From an uncultured Pseudomonadota bacterium (lineage in GTDB: Bacteria > Pseudomonadota > Alphaproteobacteria > JACZXZ01): a DNA stretch of 64,000 nucleotides. The stretch covers positions 640,001 through 704,000 of the forward strand of contig CAVVLJ010000020.1 of assembly GCA_963749075.1 (NCBI GenBank), read 5' to 3'. The translations under genes and the position numbers were made by a program. The notes below the pieces were generated by a model. The model was not told where the DNA came from, searched no databases, and saw only the letters and a program-made list of their open reading frames with translations. Of this stretch, positions 1-10,946 are shown in pieces (position 1 is the first letter of the stretch; each line of letters begins with the position of its first letter).

Positions 1-512
1 ATCATCCAGGTACGCTGGTAGCCGATCTGCAGAATGACGTCGTAATTGCTGGCCAGGCTGGCCTGGGTCGTGGTCATGACGCCGCTGGAGATCGTTGCGA
101 GCGAAAGGGTCGTGAACGCGTGGCCTGCCGGCGAACCGGACGCCGCCGCTGCGACATAGATTTGAATACTGGTGCTGCACGAAGGCACCAGCGGGAGATC
201 GTTGCACACGTCGGTGGTCAGCGTCGATGAATAGCCGGAGCCCGTGATCGTGCCGATGCGGATCAAACGGGCGGCGTCGCGTGCGGCGGTGTCCATGAGC
301 TCTTGGGTGACGAAATCGAGGGCGAGCTCAAAGATGAACAGCGCGAAGACTACGAAGATCGGCCCCACCAATCCGAATTCCACCGCCGCCGTGCCGATGT
401 TTTGCGAGAACAGCCGAGCGACAATGCCGCGATTGTCCGAGCGGGCTCGCCTGTCCGGGGCCGCTCGGCTATCGGCGGCACGGGTATTATCTAGGCGAGG
501 ATGGGGCGGCAT
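1..512 (-). CDS. TadE/TadG-family pseudopilin (Flp/Tad pilus assembly), runs off the window edge
   Basis: Manual translation from the ATG at 512 gives ...NIGTAAVEFGLVGPIFVVFALFIFELALDFVTQELMDTAARDAARLIRIG...; G-x-A-A-V-E-F prepilin motif, hydrophobic helix and AAR-x-AAR signature. Not in the ORF track because no stop lies inside the window. Confidence 0.85.
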   Translation of the reverse strand, partial: MPPHPRLDNTRAADSRAAPDRRARSDNRGIVARLFSQNIGTAAVEFGLVGPIFVVFALFIFELALDFVTQELMDTAARDAARLIRIGTITGSGYSSTLTTDVCNDLPLVPSCSTSIQIYVAAAASGSPAGHAFTTLSLATISSGVMTTTQASLASNYDVILQIGYQRTWM

Positions 513-1015
513 GCGTAATGCGACTCAGTGCGGGGATTGCCCAGAAAACCGGCGATCATATCGAAGGCCAAATTCAGATTGCTCCCCACGCCGTCACGTC
601 GGCCAAGATGGCCACAACGGCGATCAGGACCGCGATCGGTCTCTATTCGATGGGTGTCACGCGACGCTTTGATTTCAGCGCCCGCGCGATCACGCCAAAG
701 AGGTGCGGCACCTCCGATCCGCCGTCGCTCTGCAAAGGAAATGGTAATCCTCGCCACCTCTCCGACCCCTTTCCATGGCATTACCGTTTGGAAAGCGCGG
801 CCGGGCGGTCGGCGGCGAGATGTGCCGTCCAGGCAGCGATTCGTTGCGGGGCCGCTGCGAGTAGCGTCGCACCGAGGGCATCCAGCGCCGGAGCGTTACG
901 GCGGGCGGTCCAGAGCCGGCGCGGCGCCCGGGCAGAGATCTTGCGCACACCGGCGGGAGAGGCCGCGAACGGCGGTGTACCCGACAACTCGGGCCGGCGC
1001 GGCCGAAGGATCGCG

Positions 1016-2233
1016 CTAATGGGTGAGCAGGACGCCGTTCGTTATTCCGTTGCCCTGAAGGCCGCCCGAGCAGGTGAAGGTGAATTGAGCGTCGTTGTAG
1101 TCGAAGTCGTCGGTCGAGCCGCCCATGTCGTTCCAGGAATAGTACCAGTTGCTGCCGTTCATCTGCGCGCAGGTCGGCGACGCATTGGTCTGCGCCGTGG
1201 TGAAGCACTTTCCCGCGGTCGGCGTGGGCAGGCTCGAGCCGGTCACCTGCTGGGTCTGCAGGCTGCAGTTCTCGATTGTCTTGCAGCCGCTTGGCGGGTG
1301 GCGCCCGGTACAGGTCAAGCCGTTCGTGTAATCCGCCGCGGTGGTATAGCCGCCCGGGTTGTTGGTCGAGTCGTTGGGGATGGTCAATTGCGAATAGAAG
1401 ACGTGCGTGCTGCCGGGCGTCCCGCCGTACTGGTTGTCGCCGTAATTGATGAGACCGCCCGTCACGTTGACGAGGGCGAAGCCGATTTGCGCGCCCGGCG
1501 GCACCGAGAAGGTGAGGTTGCTCGTGGGCGGCACGTTCGACGAGGAGTTGGTGAAGAGCGCCGTGAAGGTGCCGTCCGTGAAGGTGCCGGTGGGGAAATG
1601 CGCGGAGTTGAATACCGGCACGGTACCGTTCGTGGGCACGATGTACCAATAGATGGTGTTGTGGTCGCCGGCGTTGCTGCCCCAATTGGCCGCATTGACG
1701 CTGCCGATCGAGCCCTCATAGGCCGCCGTCGCCGTGGCATAGATGGGGATCGATTGCACGAACATGTACATGAAGGTCGTCTTGATGCTCGAATTGGCGG
1801 CCACGGTGACGCTGTAGGCGCTGGTCGAGACGGCCGTCGAGACGGCGTAGGTGGTGCCCTGGTTGTTCGGCAGGTTGGTGACGTTGAGGTTCATGTAGTT
1901 GTCGGCCACCGTGGTCGCGGCGGAACCGTCGGTGGAGCCTAAAAAGACGGCGGCGCCGGACAGTGCCGCGGAATCCACGATGCTCTGCAGCGACGTCCTG
2001 GCCTGAACGGCGAGCGCAAAATCGACGCCGGCGCCGAGCGACATGAGGAGAACCGGCGCCATGAGCGCGAACAAGACCGCGATGTTGCCGCGGCGGTTTT
2101 GCATGAGGGCGCGGAGCGCCCTCGGGAAGGAGCGGGACTTCCCGGTCGTGTCGGCAGCATTGCCGCCCGGGGCATCCCCCCGTAAAGGGCGCTCCGGCGC
2201 TCTCATGGATCGATCGTGCATGGTATCTCTCAT
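1016..2233 (-). CDS. TadG-like pilus-associated protein with an N-terminal Tad domain and a Thr/Asn/Gly-rich extracellular C-terminus
   Basis: RRGNIAVLFALMAPVLL..GAGVDF..LQSIVDSAALSGA Tad motif; C-terminal WNDMGGSTDDFDYND motif; start codon uncertain (2233, 2221 or 2206). Confidence 0.8.
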   Translation of the reverse strand: MRDTMHDRSMRAPERPLRGDAPGGNAADTTGKSRSFPRALRALMQNRRGNIAVLFALMAPVLLMSLGAGVDFALAVQARTSLQSIVDSAALSGAAVFLGSTDGSAATTVADNYMNLNVTNLPNNQGTTYAVSTAVSTSAYSVTVAANSSIKTTFMYMFVQSIPIYATATAAYEGSIGSVNAANWGSNAGDHNTIYWYIVPTNGTVPVFNSAHFPTGTFTDGTFTALFTNSSSNVPPTSNLTFSVPPGAQIGFALVNVTGGLINYGDNQYGGTPGSTHVFYSQLTIPNDSTNNPGGYTTAADYTNGLTCTGRHPPSGCKTIENCSLQTQQVTGSSLPTPTAGKCFTTAQTNASPTCAQMNGSNWYYSWNDMGGSTDDFDYNDAQFTFTCSGGLQGNGITNGVLLTH

Positions 2234-2304
2234 TCTCAGGGGGCGGGCTCCCTGCCGCCGTCGCATCCGCCGATTGCGAGCCCGATCATGCTATACCGAA
2301 AAAA

Positions 2305-2319
2305 TTAAAACTCAGTTAA
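2305..2319. promoter_or_regulatory. CtrA-type binding box TTAA-N7-TTAA upstream of the tad genes
   Basis: TTAA-aactcag-TTAA in an AT-rich patch about 70 bp upstream of the tadG-like start; CtrA controls pilus genes in Alphaproteobacteria. Confidence 0.6.
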
Positions 2320-2420
2320 AACTTGGAAGCCCTTCAGGTATTCGTAAGGATTATCTGGTATTTCATTCAGAGCACTCAGACTAACGCGACGTAAGATTCT
2401 TGTAAGGTTCGCCGTATGAC

Positions 2421-2714
2421 TTGCGGCTTGCAACCCTGATGCTTGAAGCCGGCCAAGCTCATGGCTGGCCCAAGCGGCGCTTCGCAAGGCGCGCCGCCTT
2501 AGCGCCGGCGCAAGAGCCGAAGCGCGCCGCCCCCGTTCGGGCGGCGTCCGGGCTTCTGCGGCGCGCCGCTGGCGCGCCCGGTTACCCATTGTGGGCGCAA
2601 GCGGCCAAAGTCTGCGTGCTGATTGCGCTCGCGGTCATGCTATGGCGCTGGGCCGACGGCAGCGCGCTCCGCTTCTTGGGCTGGGTCTTGCTCGGTCAGG
2701 ACAGCCAAGTTTAG
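2421..2714 (+). CDS. Small hypothetical membrane protein
   Basis: 97 aa ORF with a C-terminal hydrophobic segment (LWAQAAKVCVLIALAVMLW..LRFLGWVLLG), flanked by tandem GTAAG repeats; start uncertain. Confidence 0.35.
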   Translation: MRLATLMLEAGQAHGWPKRRFARRAALAPAQEPKRAAPVRAASGLLRRAAGAPGYPLWAQAAKVCVLIALAVMLWRWADGSALRFLGWVLLGQDSQV

Positions 2715-2787
2715 CCTGGCGATTGCCGGCCAACACGCCGCCCTCTCGACGCCGCGGCCGCCGCGGCCTCAACGATGGCCGTCGCGT

Positions 2788-2814
2788 CTTACGTAAGCCT
2801 TACGCGAGTCTTAC
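2788..2814. promoter_or_regulatory. Triple CTTAC direct repeat with 11-bp period, putative OmpR-family regulator site
   Basis: CTTAC at 2788, 2799 and 2810; the inverse GTAAG-N6-GTAAG occurs at 2391-2406; lies upstream of the response regulator. Confidence 0.55.
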
Positions 2815-2905
2815 GTCTGGCTGAACGGGCATAGCTGGGCAGACAAAGGCGCGCGGTGCTACACTCTTATAATTCTCCGACCGACGCCGAACGGGACGCC
2901 CGCGC

Positions 2906-3586
2906 ATGCGATTGCTGGTCGTCGAGGACAACGAGGAGCTCACGCAGCTTCTGGCCAAGGGGCTCGGGGCGGCGGGCTATGCCACGGATATCGTGACCAC
3001 GGCCGGCGAGGCCCGTGCCGCGCTGGCCGCGAGCAGGTATGCCGCCGTGATCCTCGATCTCGGCCTGCCGGACGAGAACGGCCTCGTCCTCCTCCGCGAA
3101 GCCCGCGAACGCAGCGATCCGACGCCGGTCGTCGTGCTCACGGCGCGGGCCGGCGTGCAGGACCGCGTCGCCGGACTGCGCGGCGGCGCCGACGATTACA
3201 TCGTCAAGCCCTTCGCGTTCGAGGAGCTGGTGGCCCGCCTGGAGGCGGTGCTGCGCCGGCCCGGGCAATTGCTGGGACGCTCGCTTCGCGTCGGCAATCT
3301 CGTCTTCGATACGGAGGCGCGGCAGGCGCTCGTCGGCGACGAGCCGCAGGTCCTGTCCGCGCGCGAGGTGGCGGTGCTCGAGATCCTGATGCGGCGCAGC
3401 GGCCGCGTCGTGCCCAAGAAGCTGGTCGAGGACCAGCTCTTCGGGCTCGCCAGCGACGTTGCGTCCAACGCGGTCGAGGTCTACATCCACCGCCTGAGGA
3501 AGCAGCTCGCCGAGCGCCGCGCCACGGTGCAGATCCACACGATCCGCGGGGTCGGCTATCTCATTGCCGAGGACAAGCCGGCGTGA
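2906..3586 (+). CDS. OmpR/PhoB-family response regulator (QseB/TctD-like)
   Basis: MRLLVVED..ILDLGLPD..GADDYIVKPF receiver domain; winged-helix C-terminus NAVEVYIHRLRK..IHTIRGVGY. Confidence 0.95.
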   Translation: MRLLVVEDNEELTQLLAKGLGAAGYATDIVTTAGEARAALAASRYAAVILDLGLPDENGLVLLREARERSDPTPVVVLTARAGVQDRVAGLRGGADDYIVKPFAFEELVARLEAVLRRPGQLLGRSLRVGNLVFDTEARQALVGDEPQVLSAREVAVLEILMRRSGRVVPKKLVEDQLFGLASDVASNAVEVYIHRLRKQLAERRATVQIHTIRGVGYLIAEDKPA

Positions 3587-4992
3587 TCCGCTTCAAATCG
3601 ATCGCCTCGCAGATCATCTCGCTCCACGTCGTCGTCGTCGGCATAACTCTGGTCTCGATGCCGCTGGCGCTCGATTGGCTGATGGATTCGACGGCCAACG
3701 ACCTCCATCATCGCGCGCTGCGGGAAATCTCCGAGAAGATCGCGCACCATCTTCTCCCGCAGGCGGCGGGCGGCTGGAAGCTCGATCTGCCGCCGGAGCT
3801 TCAGCAGCTCTACTCGATGAGCTACGGGCGCTATGCCTACACGGTGCTCGACGACCGCGGCAAGGTCCTCTTCTCGTCGTTCAACGACGGCTCGCCGACT
3901 TTTCCCGGGGACCGCCGCTCCCCGGCGGCGTCCTTTCTCCAGGCGCGGCGCGGCGACATGGTCCTCTACGGCGCCAGCATTCCGCGGACGATCCACGGCC
4001 GCACCGTGTGGATCCAGGTGGGCGAGGATCTCGAGCACAGCGACGTGCTGATCGACGACATCGTCGCCGATTTCTTCAGGCGCGTCGGCTGGATCACCAT
4101 CCCCATCCTGCTGTCGCTTCTGGCGATCGACATCGTCATCTTCCGCCGCGCGCTGCGGCACGTGCGGCGGGCCTCGGTAATGGCGGCGGACATCGGGCCG
4201 GAGCGCACCGACGTGCGGCTGCCGGCCAAGGACATGCCGAGCGAGGTCCTGCCGCTGGTGCGCGCCGTCAACCAGGCGCTGGACCGGCTCGAAGAGGGCT
4301 TCCGCATGCAGCGCGAGTTCACCGCCGACGCCGCCCACGAGCTGCGCACGCCGCTCACGATCCTGCGCGCACGGATCGACACGCTCGCCGACCGCAAGAT
4401 CGCCTCGACGCTGAGCCGCGACATCGCCGGCATGAGCCGCATCGTCAGCCAGCTGCTCGACATCGCCGAGCTCGAGACCTTCGTCGTCGATCCCCGCGAG
4501 AAGGCGGACTTGCAAGCCGTGTGCGCGGAGCTCGCAGGGTTCGTAGCGCCTCTCGCCTTGGCCCAGGGCAAGAGCGTCGCCTTGAGCGGCGCTGCGGCGC
4601 CGGTCTGGGTCCGCGGCAATGCGCAAGTCCTCTCCCAGGCCGTGCGCAACCTCGTCGAGAACGCGCTCAATCACACGCCCCCGGGTACCACGGTCGACAT
4701 CGTCGTGGCGGAGAGCGGCACCGTCTCCGTCTTCGATCAGGGACCGGGCATCCCCGAAGGCGAGCGCGCGCTCGTCTTCCAGCGCTTCTGGCGCCGCGAC
4801 CGCCGCCGCACCGGCAATGCGGGGCTCGGGCTCTCGATCGTCCGCCGCATCGTCGAGGCGCACGCCGGCTCGGTCACCGTCGAGAACCGGCCCGCCGGCG
4901 GGGCCGCATTCTCCATCAGCCTGCTCTGCGCCGAATCCGGCTCGATCGCAGGGGAGGCGGAGAGGTCTCCAGCGAGGGCTGCTCTCACTTGA
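3583..4992 (+). CDS. Sensor histidine kinase (two TM, HAMP, HisKA, HATPase)
   Basis: H-box FTADAAHELRTPL, N-box NLVENALNH, G-boxes DQGPGI and GLGLSIV; overlaps the regulator stop (GTGA). Confidence 0.95.
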   Translation: MIRFKSIASQIISLHVVVVGITLVSMPLALDWLMDSTANDLHHRALREISEKIAHHLLPQAAGGWKLDLPPELQQLYSMSYGRYAYTVLDDRGKVLFSSFNDGSPTFPGDRRSPAASFLQARRGDMVLYGASIPRTIHGRTVWIQVGEDLEHSDVLIDDIVADFFRRVGWITIPILLSLLAIDIVIFRRALRHVRRASVMAADIGPERTDVRLPAKDMPSEVLPLVRAVNQALDRLEEGFRMQREFTADAAHELRTPLTILRARIDTLADRKIASTLSRDIAGMSRIVSQLLDIAELETFVVDPREKADLQAVCAELAGFVAPLALAQGKSVALSGAAAPVWVRGNAQVLSQAVRNLVENALNHTPPGTTVDIVVAESGTVSVFDQGPGIPEGERALVFQRFWRRDRRRTGNAGLGLSIVRRIVEAHAGSVTVENRPAGGAAFSISLLCAESGSIAGEAERSPARAALT

Positions 4993-6088
4993 TCTTGCCG
5001 CGCGCCGCCACCCGCCACACGGCCTCGACGCGCCCGGCGCGCATTCCCACGATCTCCTCGTGGAGATGGACCGTGGTGTCGGAGTAGCCCACGATCAGCT
5101 CGAGCCGCTCGCCGATCCGCGGCGCAGCACTCGGCTGCTCGAGCTCGATCTTCATGTGCTCGGCGGAAAGCCGCATGGCGGCGATCGCCGGCAGTCCGAG
5201 CGGCTGCGGCATGGCCGCATCGCCGCTCATGGCCTTCCGCCCGGCATCGAGCACGATGCGGGTGGGCGTGGGCCGGCTCGTCACCGTGGCGAGCACGGTG
5301 AGGGCGGTGGGGAAGTCGGCGTGATAGTGCGTGCGGTAATGCATGTCGCTGAAAATGGCGCCGCCGACCTGCACCTCGGTCACTCCGGGGTGCTGCGCGC
5401 AATAGGGAAAGGTGCCGGTGCCGCCGCAGCTCACGATCTCGATGGCATGGCCCGCCTCGCGGCAGGCTTGCGCGCTCGCGGTGAGGCGGAGAATCGCGTC
5501 CGCCACCGCGCGCGCCTTCTCCGCCGGATCGGCGATGGTGGTGGCGTGGCTCTCCCAGGCCACCAGGCCGGCGAGGCGCAGGCCGGCGTGCTGCGCCACC
5601 GCGTTGGCCAGCGTCACCACCGCGGCACCCGGCTCCACCCCAGCGCGGTTCATGCCGATATTGACCTCGATCGCCACCTTGAGCTCCTTGCCCCGGCGCT
5701 CGCTGGCCTCGGCCAGCTCGGCGAGATTGGCGATGCTGTCGACGCCCACGATCGGATCGGCATGCAGGGTGAGCTCCATCAGCCGCTCGATTTTCGCTGC
5801 CCCGACGATCTGGTTGGCGATGAGGATGTTGCGGATGCCCGCTGCGGCCATGACCTCCGCTTCGCTCACCTTGGCGCAGGTGACGCCGATGGCGCCGGCG
5901 GCGAGCTCCTTATGGGCGATCTCGGGCGTCTTGTGGCCCTTCATGTGCGGGCGCCAGCCGACGTTGTTCGCGCGGCAGGTATCCGCGATGCGCCTGATGT
6001 TCGCCTCCATCACGTCGAGATCGACGAGGAGTGCGGGCGTGTCGAGCGCCGTCTTCGGTAGGCCGACCAACGTCTCGGCTGCGCACAT
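4985..6088 (-). CDS. DSD1/D-threonine aldolase-family PLP-dependent enzyme (alanine racemase fold)
   Basis: LDTPALLVDLD, RPHMKGHK (PLP lysine), GGTGT, LSAEH motifs. Confidence 0.9.
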   Translation of the reverse strand: MCAAETLVGLPKTALDTPALLVDLDVMEANIRRIADTCRANNVGWRPHMKGHKTPEIAHKELAAGAIGVTCAKVSEAEVMAAAGIRNILIANQIVGAAKIERLMELTLHADPIVGVDSIANLAELAEASERRGKELKVAIEVNIGMNRAGVEPGAAVVTLANAVAQHAGLRLAGLVAWESHATTIADPAEKARAVADAILRLTASAQACREAGHAIEIVSCGGTGTFPYCAQHPGVTEVQVGGAIFSDMHYRTHYHADFPTALTVLATVTSRPTPTRIVLDAGRKAMSGDAAMPQPLGLPAIAAMRLSAEHMKIELEQPSAAPRIGERLELIVGYSDTTVHLHEEIVGMRAGRVEAVWRVAARGKIK

Positions 6089-6097
6089 GATGTCCTC

Positions 6098-7132
6098 CTA
6101 GCCCGTGACGACGGGTGCGTGGAGGCCGGCCGCCCAATAGGCGTGCTCGACGAGCCTCAAAGTTTCGAGATTGTCGGCGGGACCGGTCTCGAACGCGGCG
6201 CCGCTCCCGAGGCATGCGACGAAGTGCGCGATCACCCCGTCGAAGCTCGCCTGGTAGCCCGCATCCGCGTCGTAGCTCTCCGCGCGCGGCCGGGCGCCGA
6301 TGAGGCTCAGCTCGCTGCCGTCCAGCACGGCGCTCGCCTTGCGGCCGATGAGCTCGAGGCGGTCCTGGCCGCGCGGCGGAAAACCGGGTGCCGCCATGTT
6401 GCCGCTCACCACCATCGGCGCGCCGGCAGCACTCTCGAGGAAGACCGTGGCGAGGGTCTCGCCCTTGACCTCGTCGATCGTCCGCGCCGCGCGTGCGCCG
6501 ACGACGCGCAGGGGGCCGGCGAGCCAGCGCATGACGTCGAGCTGATGGATGAGCGACTCGGCGATGAGGAACCGCCGCTCGTTCGCCATGAAGGGCTGCC
6601 GTACGAGGGCCGGGCGCCGTCCGCTCGCATCCGGCAGCAGGCCCGACGAGGTCGCCACCAGCTGCCCCGCGCTGAGCTCGCCGAGCTCGCCTGCCGCGAG
6701 CCAGGCCTTGAGCGTGCGGTACCAGGGGCGGAAGCGCCAGTTCTCGTGCACCATGAGCCGCACGCGGCCGGCGAGGCGGCGGACCAGCGCCTCGGCCTCG
6801 GCGAGCGTGGGTGCCAAGGGCTTCTGGCACAGCACGTCGATGCCGCGCCCGGCCGCCGCCTCGACCCAGAAGGCGTGCGTCTCGCGCGGCGAGGCGACGT
6901 CGAGCGCGTCGATGTCCTCGCCATCGAGCATGGCTTCGGCACTCTCGTAGGCTTTGGCGATCTCGAACTCGCGCGCGCGGGCGCGTGCGCGCACCGGATC
7001 GGGATCGAAGACCGCGACGAGGCGCACCGCGCCGCCGAGCGCGCGCCAGGCGGTGAGGTGGAAGTGGCTGATCATTCCGGCGCCGGCGAGTGCCACGCGG
7101 AGCGGTTGCGAGCGGTCGCGGGTTTTGCTCAT
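6098..7132 (-). CDS. Gfo/Idh/MocA-family NAD(P)-dependent oxidoreductase
   Basis: LRVALAGAGMIS, DVLCQKP, ENWRFRP; likely start MSKTRDR at 7132, overlapping the upstream stop. Confidence 0.9.
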   Translation of the reverse strand: MSKTRDRSQPLRVALAGAGMISHFHLTAWRALGGAVRLVAVFDPDPVRARARAREFEIAKAYESAEAMLDGEDIDALDVASPRETHAFWVEAAAGRGIDVLCQKPLAPTLAEAEALVRRLAGRVRLMVHENWRFRPWYRTLKAWLAAGELGELSAGQLVATSSGLLPDASGRRPALVRQPFMANERRFLIAESLIHQLDVMRWLAGPLRVVGARAARTIDEVKGETLATVFLESAAGAPMVVSGNMAAPGFPPRGQDRLELIGRKASAVLDGSELSLIGARPRAESYDADAGYQASFDGVIAHFVACLGSGAAFETGPADNLETLRLVEHAYWAAGLHAPVVTG

Positions 7133-7961
7133 GAGCTCACCTCGCCGAAGCCGAAGAGCCGTATCGGATTGCGCCAGAAGAGGCACTCCCGCGCGTCCGC
7201 GTCGCCGAGCCAGCGGTCGACCGCCTCGAGCGCCGCGGCATAGCGGAACCCGCCGGGCACATTGACGAACGGCCAGTCCGAGCCCCAGACGCAGCGCTCG
7301 ATGCCGAAGGCCGCGATCGCCGCCTCGGCGAAGGGTGCGAGGTCCGCGTAACGGCCAAGGTCGCGCGAGATGCGGAAGGGTGCGGAGAGTTTGACGGCGG
7401 CGTTGCCTTCGCGGCCGAGCCTGAGGACGGCCTGAAAGCCGGGCCGCTCGACCCCGCCCGCCAATTCGCGCACGCCGAAATGGTCGACCAGCACCTTGAC
7501 TCCGGCATTGTGCAGAAGGCGGGCGAGCTCCGGCCATTGCTCGTCGTGGGCATAGACCTGCACGAACCAGCCGAGCGCCTTGAGGCGCTGGAGGAAGGGC
7601 TGTGCCGCCGGCCGGGCGAGCGCCTCGCGGTCGTAGCTCACGAGGTTGAAGCGCACGCCGACGATGCCCGCTTTCGCGAGCGCCTCGAGCTCGGCCTCCG
7701 GCGTCGCGGGGTCGAGCACGGCGATCGTCTTGAAGCGGCCGGGGTAGGCCGCCATGGCATCGAGCAGGGCCGCGTTCGCATAGCCGTAGCAGCTCGGCTG
7801 CACGAGGAGCGCGTGGGCGACGCCATGGGCGTCGAGCACGGCTGTGAACTCCTCGCGCGTGCCGGCTTCGTCGGCCAGCGGCTTGTAGCCCGGACCGTCG
7901 ACGTAGGGAAAGCGCACGGGATCGACCACGTGCGCATGGCAATCGATGATGCGCGCCGCGC

Positions 7962-7965
<4 letters not shown>
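7129..7965 (-). CDS. Amidohydrolase_2-family protein (LigI/lactonase-like)
   Basis: IIDCHAH, LLVQPS, VLVDHFG, VKLSAPFR, WGSDWPF motifs. Confidence 0.9.
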
Positions 7966-9089
<1,124 letters not shown>

Positions 9090-9123
9090 GTCGGTCCCGT
9101 TGCTCTCCTGTGGTCCCGGGCGG

Positions 9124-9966
9124 CTAGCGGACGGCGCCCGCCGTCATGCCCCTGATCATCGTCTCGGAGAAGAAGGCATAGAGCAGGATGATCGGCGTGA
9201 TTGCGATCATGAGGCCGGTTGCGAGCATGCCGATATCGAGCTGGTGGCTGCCCATGAAATGCATGATGCCGAGCGGCAAGGTGCGCTTGTCGTCGTCGGT
9301 CAGCAGCACGACGGCGTAGAGGAACTCGTTCCAGAGGATGATGAAATTGAGGGTGACCGCGGTGAAGATCGCCGGCGTGCCGATCGGCAGCGTGATGCGC
9401 CAGAAAATCTCGAAATCCGAGTAGCCGTCGATGCGCGCCGCATCGAACAGATCCTGCGGTATCTGCGCGAAGAAGCCCTCGAGAATGTAGACCGTTATCG
9501 CGAGATGGGCGGCGACGTAGACGAGGATGAGGCCCGTAAGCGTGTTGTAGAGGTCGAACTCGAGGAGAATCTGGAAGAGCGAGAGGATGAGAAGCTGCGG
9601 CGGCAGGATCAGGCCCGAGAGGATGACGAAGCGCGCGAGCCGGTTCCCTCGGAACTGATAGCGCGCGAGGCAATGCGCGGCCATGGCGCCGATGACGGTG
9701 AGAAAGAAAACCGCGGTAACGACGACGATGGTGCTGTTCCAGAAATAGGTGCCGTAGTTTGAGCGCGTCCACGCCTCCGCGAACTTCTCCCAATGGAACG
9801 GGCTCGGAAACGCATAGGGATGCGCGAATATCTCGGGCGTCGTACGTAGCGACATGGACGCCACCCAGAGAAAGGGCCCGCCCGCGAGCACCGTATAGAG
9901 CAAAAGGAACAGGAGCAGCGGCGCGCGCCGCAGCTGAACGAGCCAAGGGCTCCCGGACGCCGTCAT
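9124..9966 (-). CDS. Carbohydrate ABC transporter permease (MalG-like)
   Basis: EAA-loop IPQDLFDAARIDG; WNEF; multiple TM helices. Confidence 0.93.
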   Translation of the reverse strand: MTASGSPWLVQLRRAPLLLFLLLYTVLAGGPFLWVASMSLRTTPEIFAHPYAFPSPFHWEKFAEAWTRSNYGTYFWNSTIVVVTAVFFLTVIGAMAAHCLARYQFRGNRLARFVILSGLILPPQLLILSLFQILLEFDLYNTLTGLILVYVAAHLAITVYILEGFFAQIPQDLFDAARIDGYSDFEIFWRITLPIGTPAIFTAVTLNFIILWNEFLYAVVLLTDDDKRTLPLGIMHFMGSHQLDIGMLATGLMIAITPIILLYAFFSETMIRGMTAGAVR

Positions 9967-9970
9967 CGCC

Positions 9971-10915
9971 TCAATACTCCAGGCGATCGCGGGAGTGTAA
10001 GAAGTGCGTCATCGCGAAGACGAAGGCGAGGATGATGACGAACCAGAGGACCGCGATCGCCGATGGGTAGCCGAGATCGAAGGTATTCCAGTCGAAGGCG
10101 CGCTTGTAGACGTAGGTCGACACCGTCTCGGTCGACCACAGCGGGCCCCCGCCGGTCATGATCCAGACGAGATCGAAGATCATCATCTTGCCCACGAAGG
10201 AGAGAATGAGGAGGTTCACGATCGTCGGCCGCAGCATCGGGATGACGATGTAGACGAGCTTGGCGAGCCAGCCGCAATTGTCGAGCGCGGCCGCACCCAG
10301 CACCTCCGCCGGCAGCGCGTAGAGGGCGGCGAGGAAGATGATCATGTTGAATCCGAGCCATTTCCAGATGTGCGTCGCCATCACCGACCACAGCGCGGTA
10401 TGGGGATCGCCGAGCCAGGACTGCTCGAAGGCACCGAGGCCGATCGAGCGCAGGATGAGGTTGGCGAGGCCCCAGTCGTAATCGTAGATCCACACCCAGA
10501 TGATGCCGACCACGACGTAGGACATCAGCACGGGCGTGAACCAGACGACCCGCAACAGCTTTGCGAGCGGCGCACCGGAGAAGAGGCAAAGGGCGAGGAG
10601 CAGGCCGCCCGAGACGTCGACGATGGTGGCGACGACGGTAAAGATCGCGGTGTTGCCGACCGCCTTCCAGAACACGGCATCGCTGAGCAGGAGTGCGCGG
10701 AAATTGGCGAGGCCGACGAACGTCTGGACGTTGTGGGGCCCTATCGTGTGGATGCTGTTCCAGAAGGTGCGCAGCACCGGATAGACGATGAAGCTGGCAT
10801 AGAGAAGGAAGGCGGGTGCCAAGAAGACGAGGAGAGTCGCGGGGCGCGCGTGGCGCACGCCCACCTCCGCCTCGCGAGCGGCGCGCCTCCGAAGCCTCGC
10901 GAGGCGCGCCGCCAC
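9971..10915 (-). CDS. Carbohydrate ABC transporter permease (MalF/UgpA-like)
   Basis: FVGLANF, WKWLGFNMIIFLAAL, FDLVWIMTGGGP, GYPSAIA. Confidence 0.93.
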   Translation of the reverse strand: MAARLARLRRRAAREAEVGVRHARPATLLVFLAPAFLLYASFIVYPVLRTFWNSIHTIGPHNVQTFVGLANFRALLLSDAVFWKAVGNTAIFTVVATIVDVSGGLLLALCLFSGAPLAKLLRVVWFTPVLMSYVVVGIIWVWIYDYDWGLANLILRSIGLGAFEQSWLGDPHTALWSVMATHIWKWLGFNMIIFLAALYALPAEVLGAAALDNCGWLAKLVYIVIPMLRPTIVNLLILSFVGKMMIFDLVWIMTGGGPLWSTETVSTYVYKRAFDWNTFDLGYPSAIAVLWFVIILAFVFAMTHFLHSRDRLEY

Positions 10916-10946
10916 CGCCGTCCCGTGTGCCCGCGCGGCAGCCCGC

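Noticed and set aside
781-987. 68-aa ORF between the tadG-like and tadE genes as a possible Flp pilin
   Set aside because: No G-x-x-x-x-E-Y prepilin motif and no hydrophobic pilin helix.
518-1942. Long plus-strand ORF (474 aa) and the many other long antisense or alternate-frame ORFs in the track
   Set aside because: They are Arg/Ala/Gly-rich shadow frames of real genes, expected at this GC content, with no family motifs.
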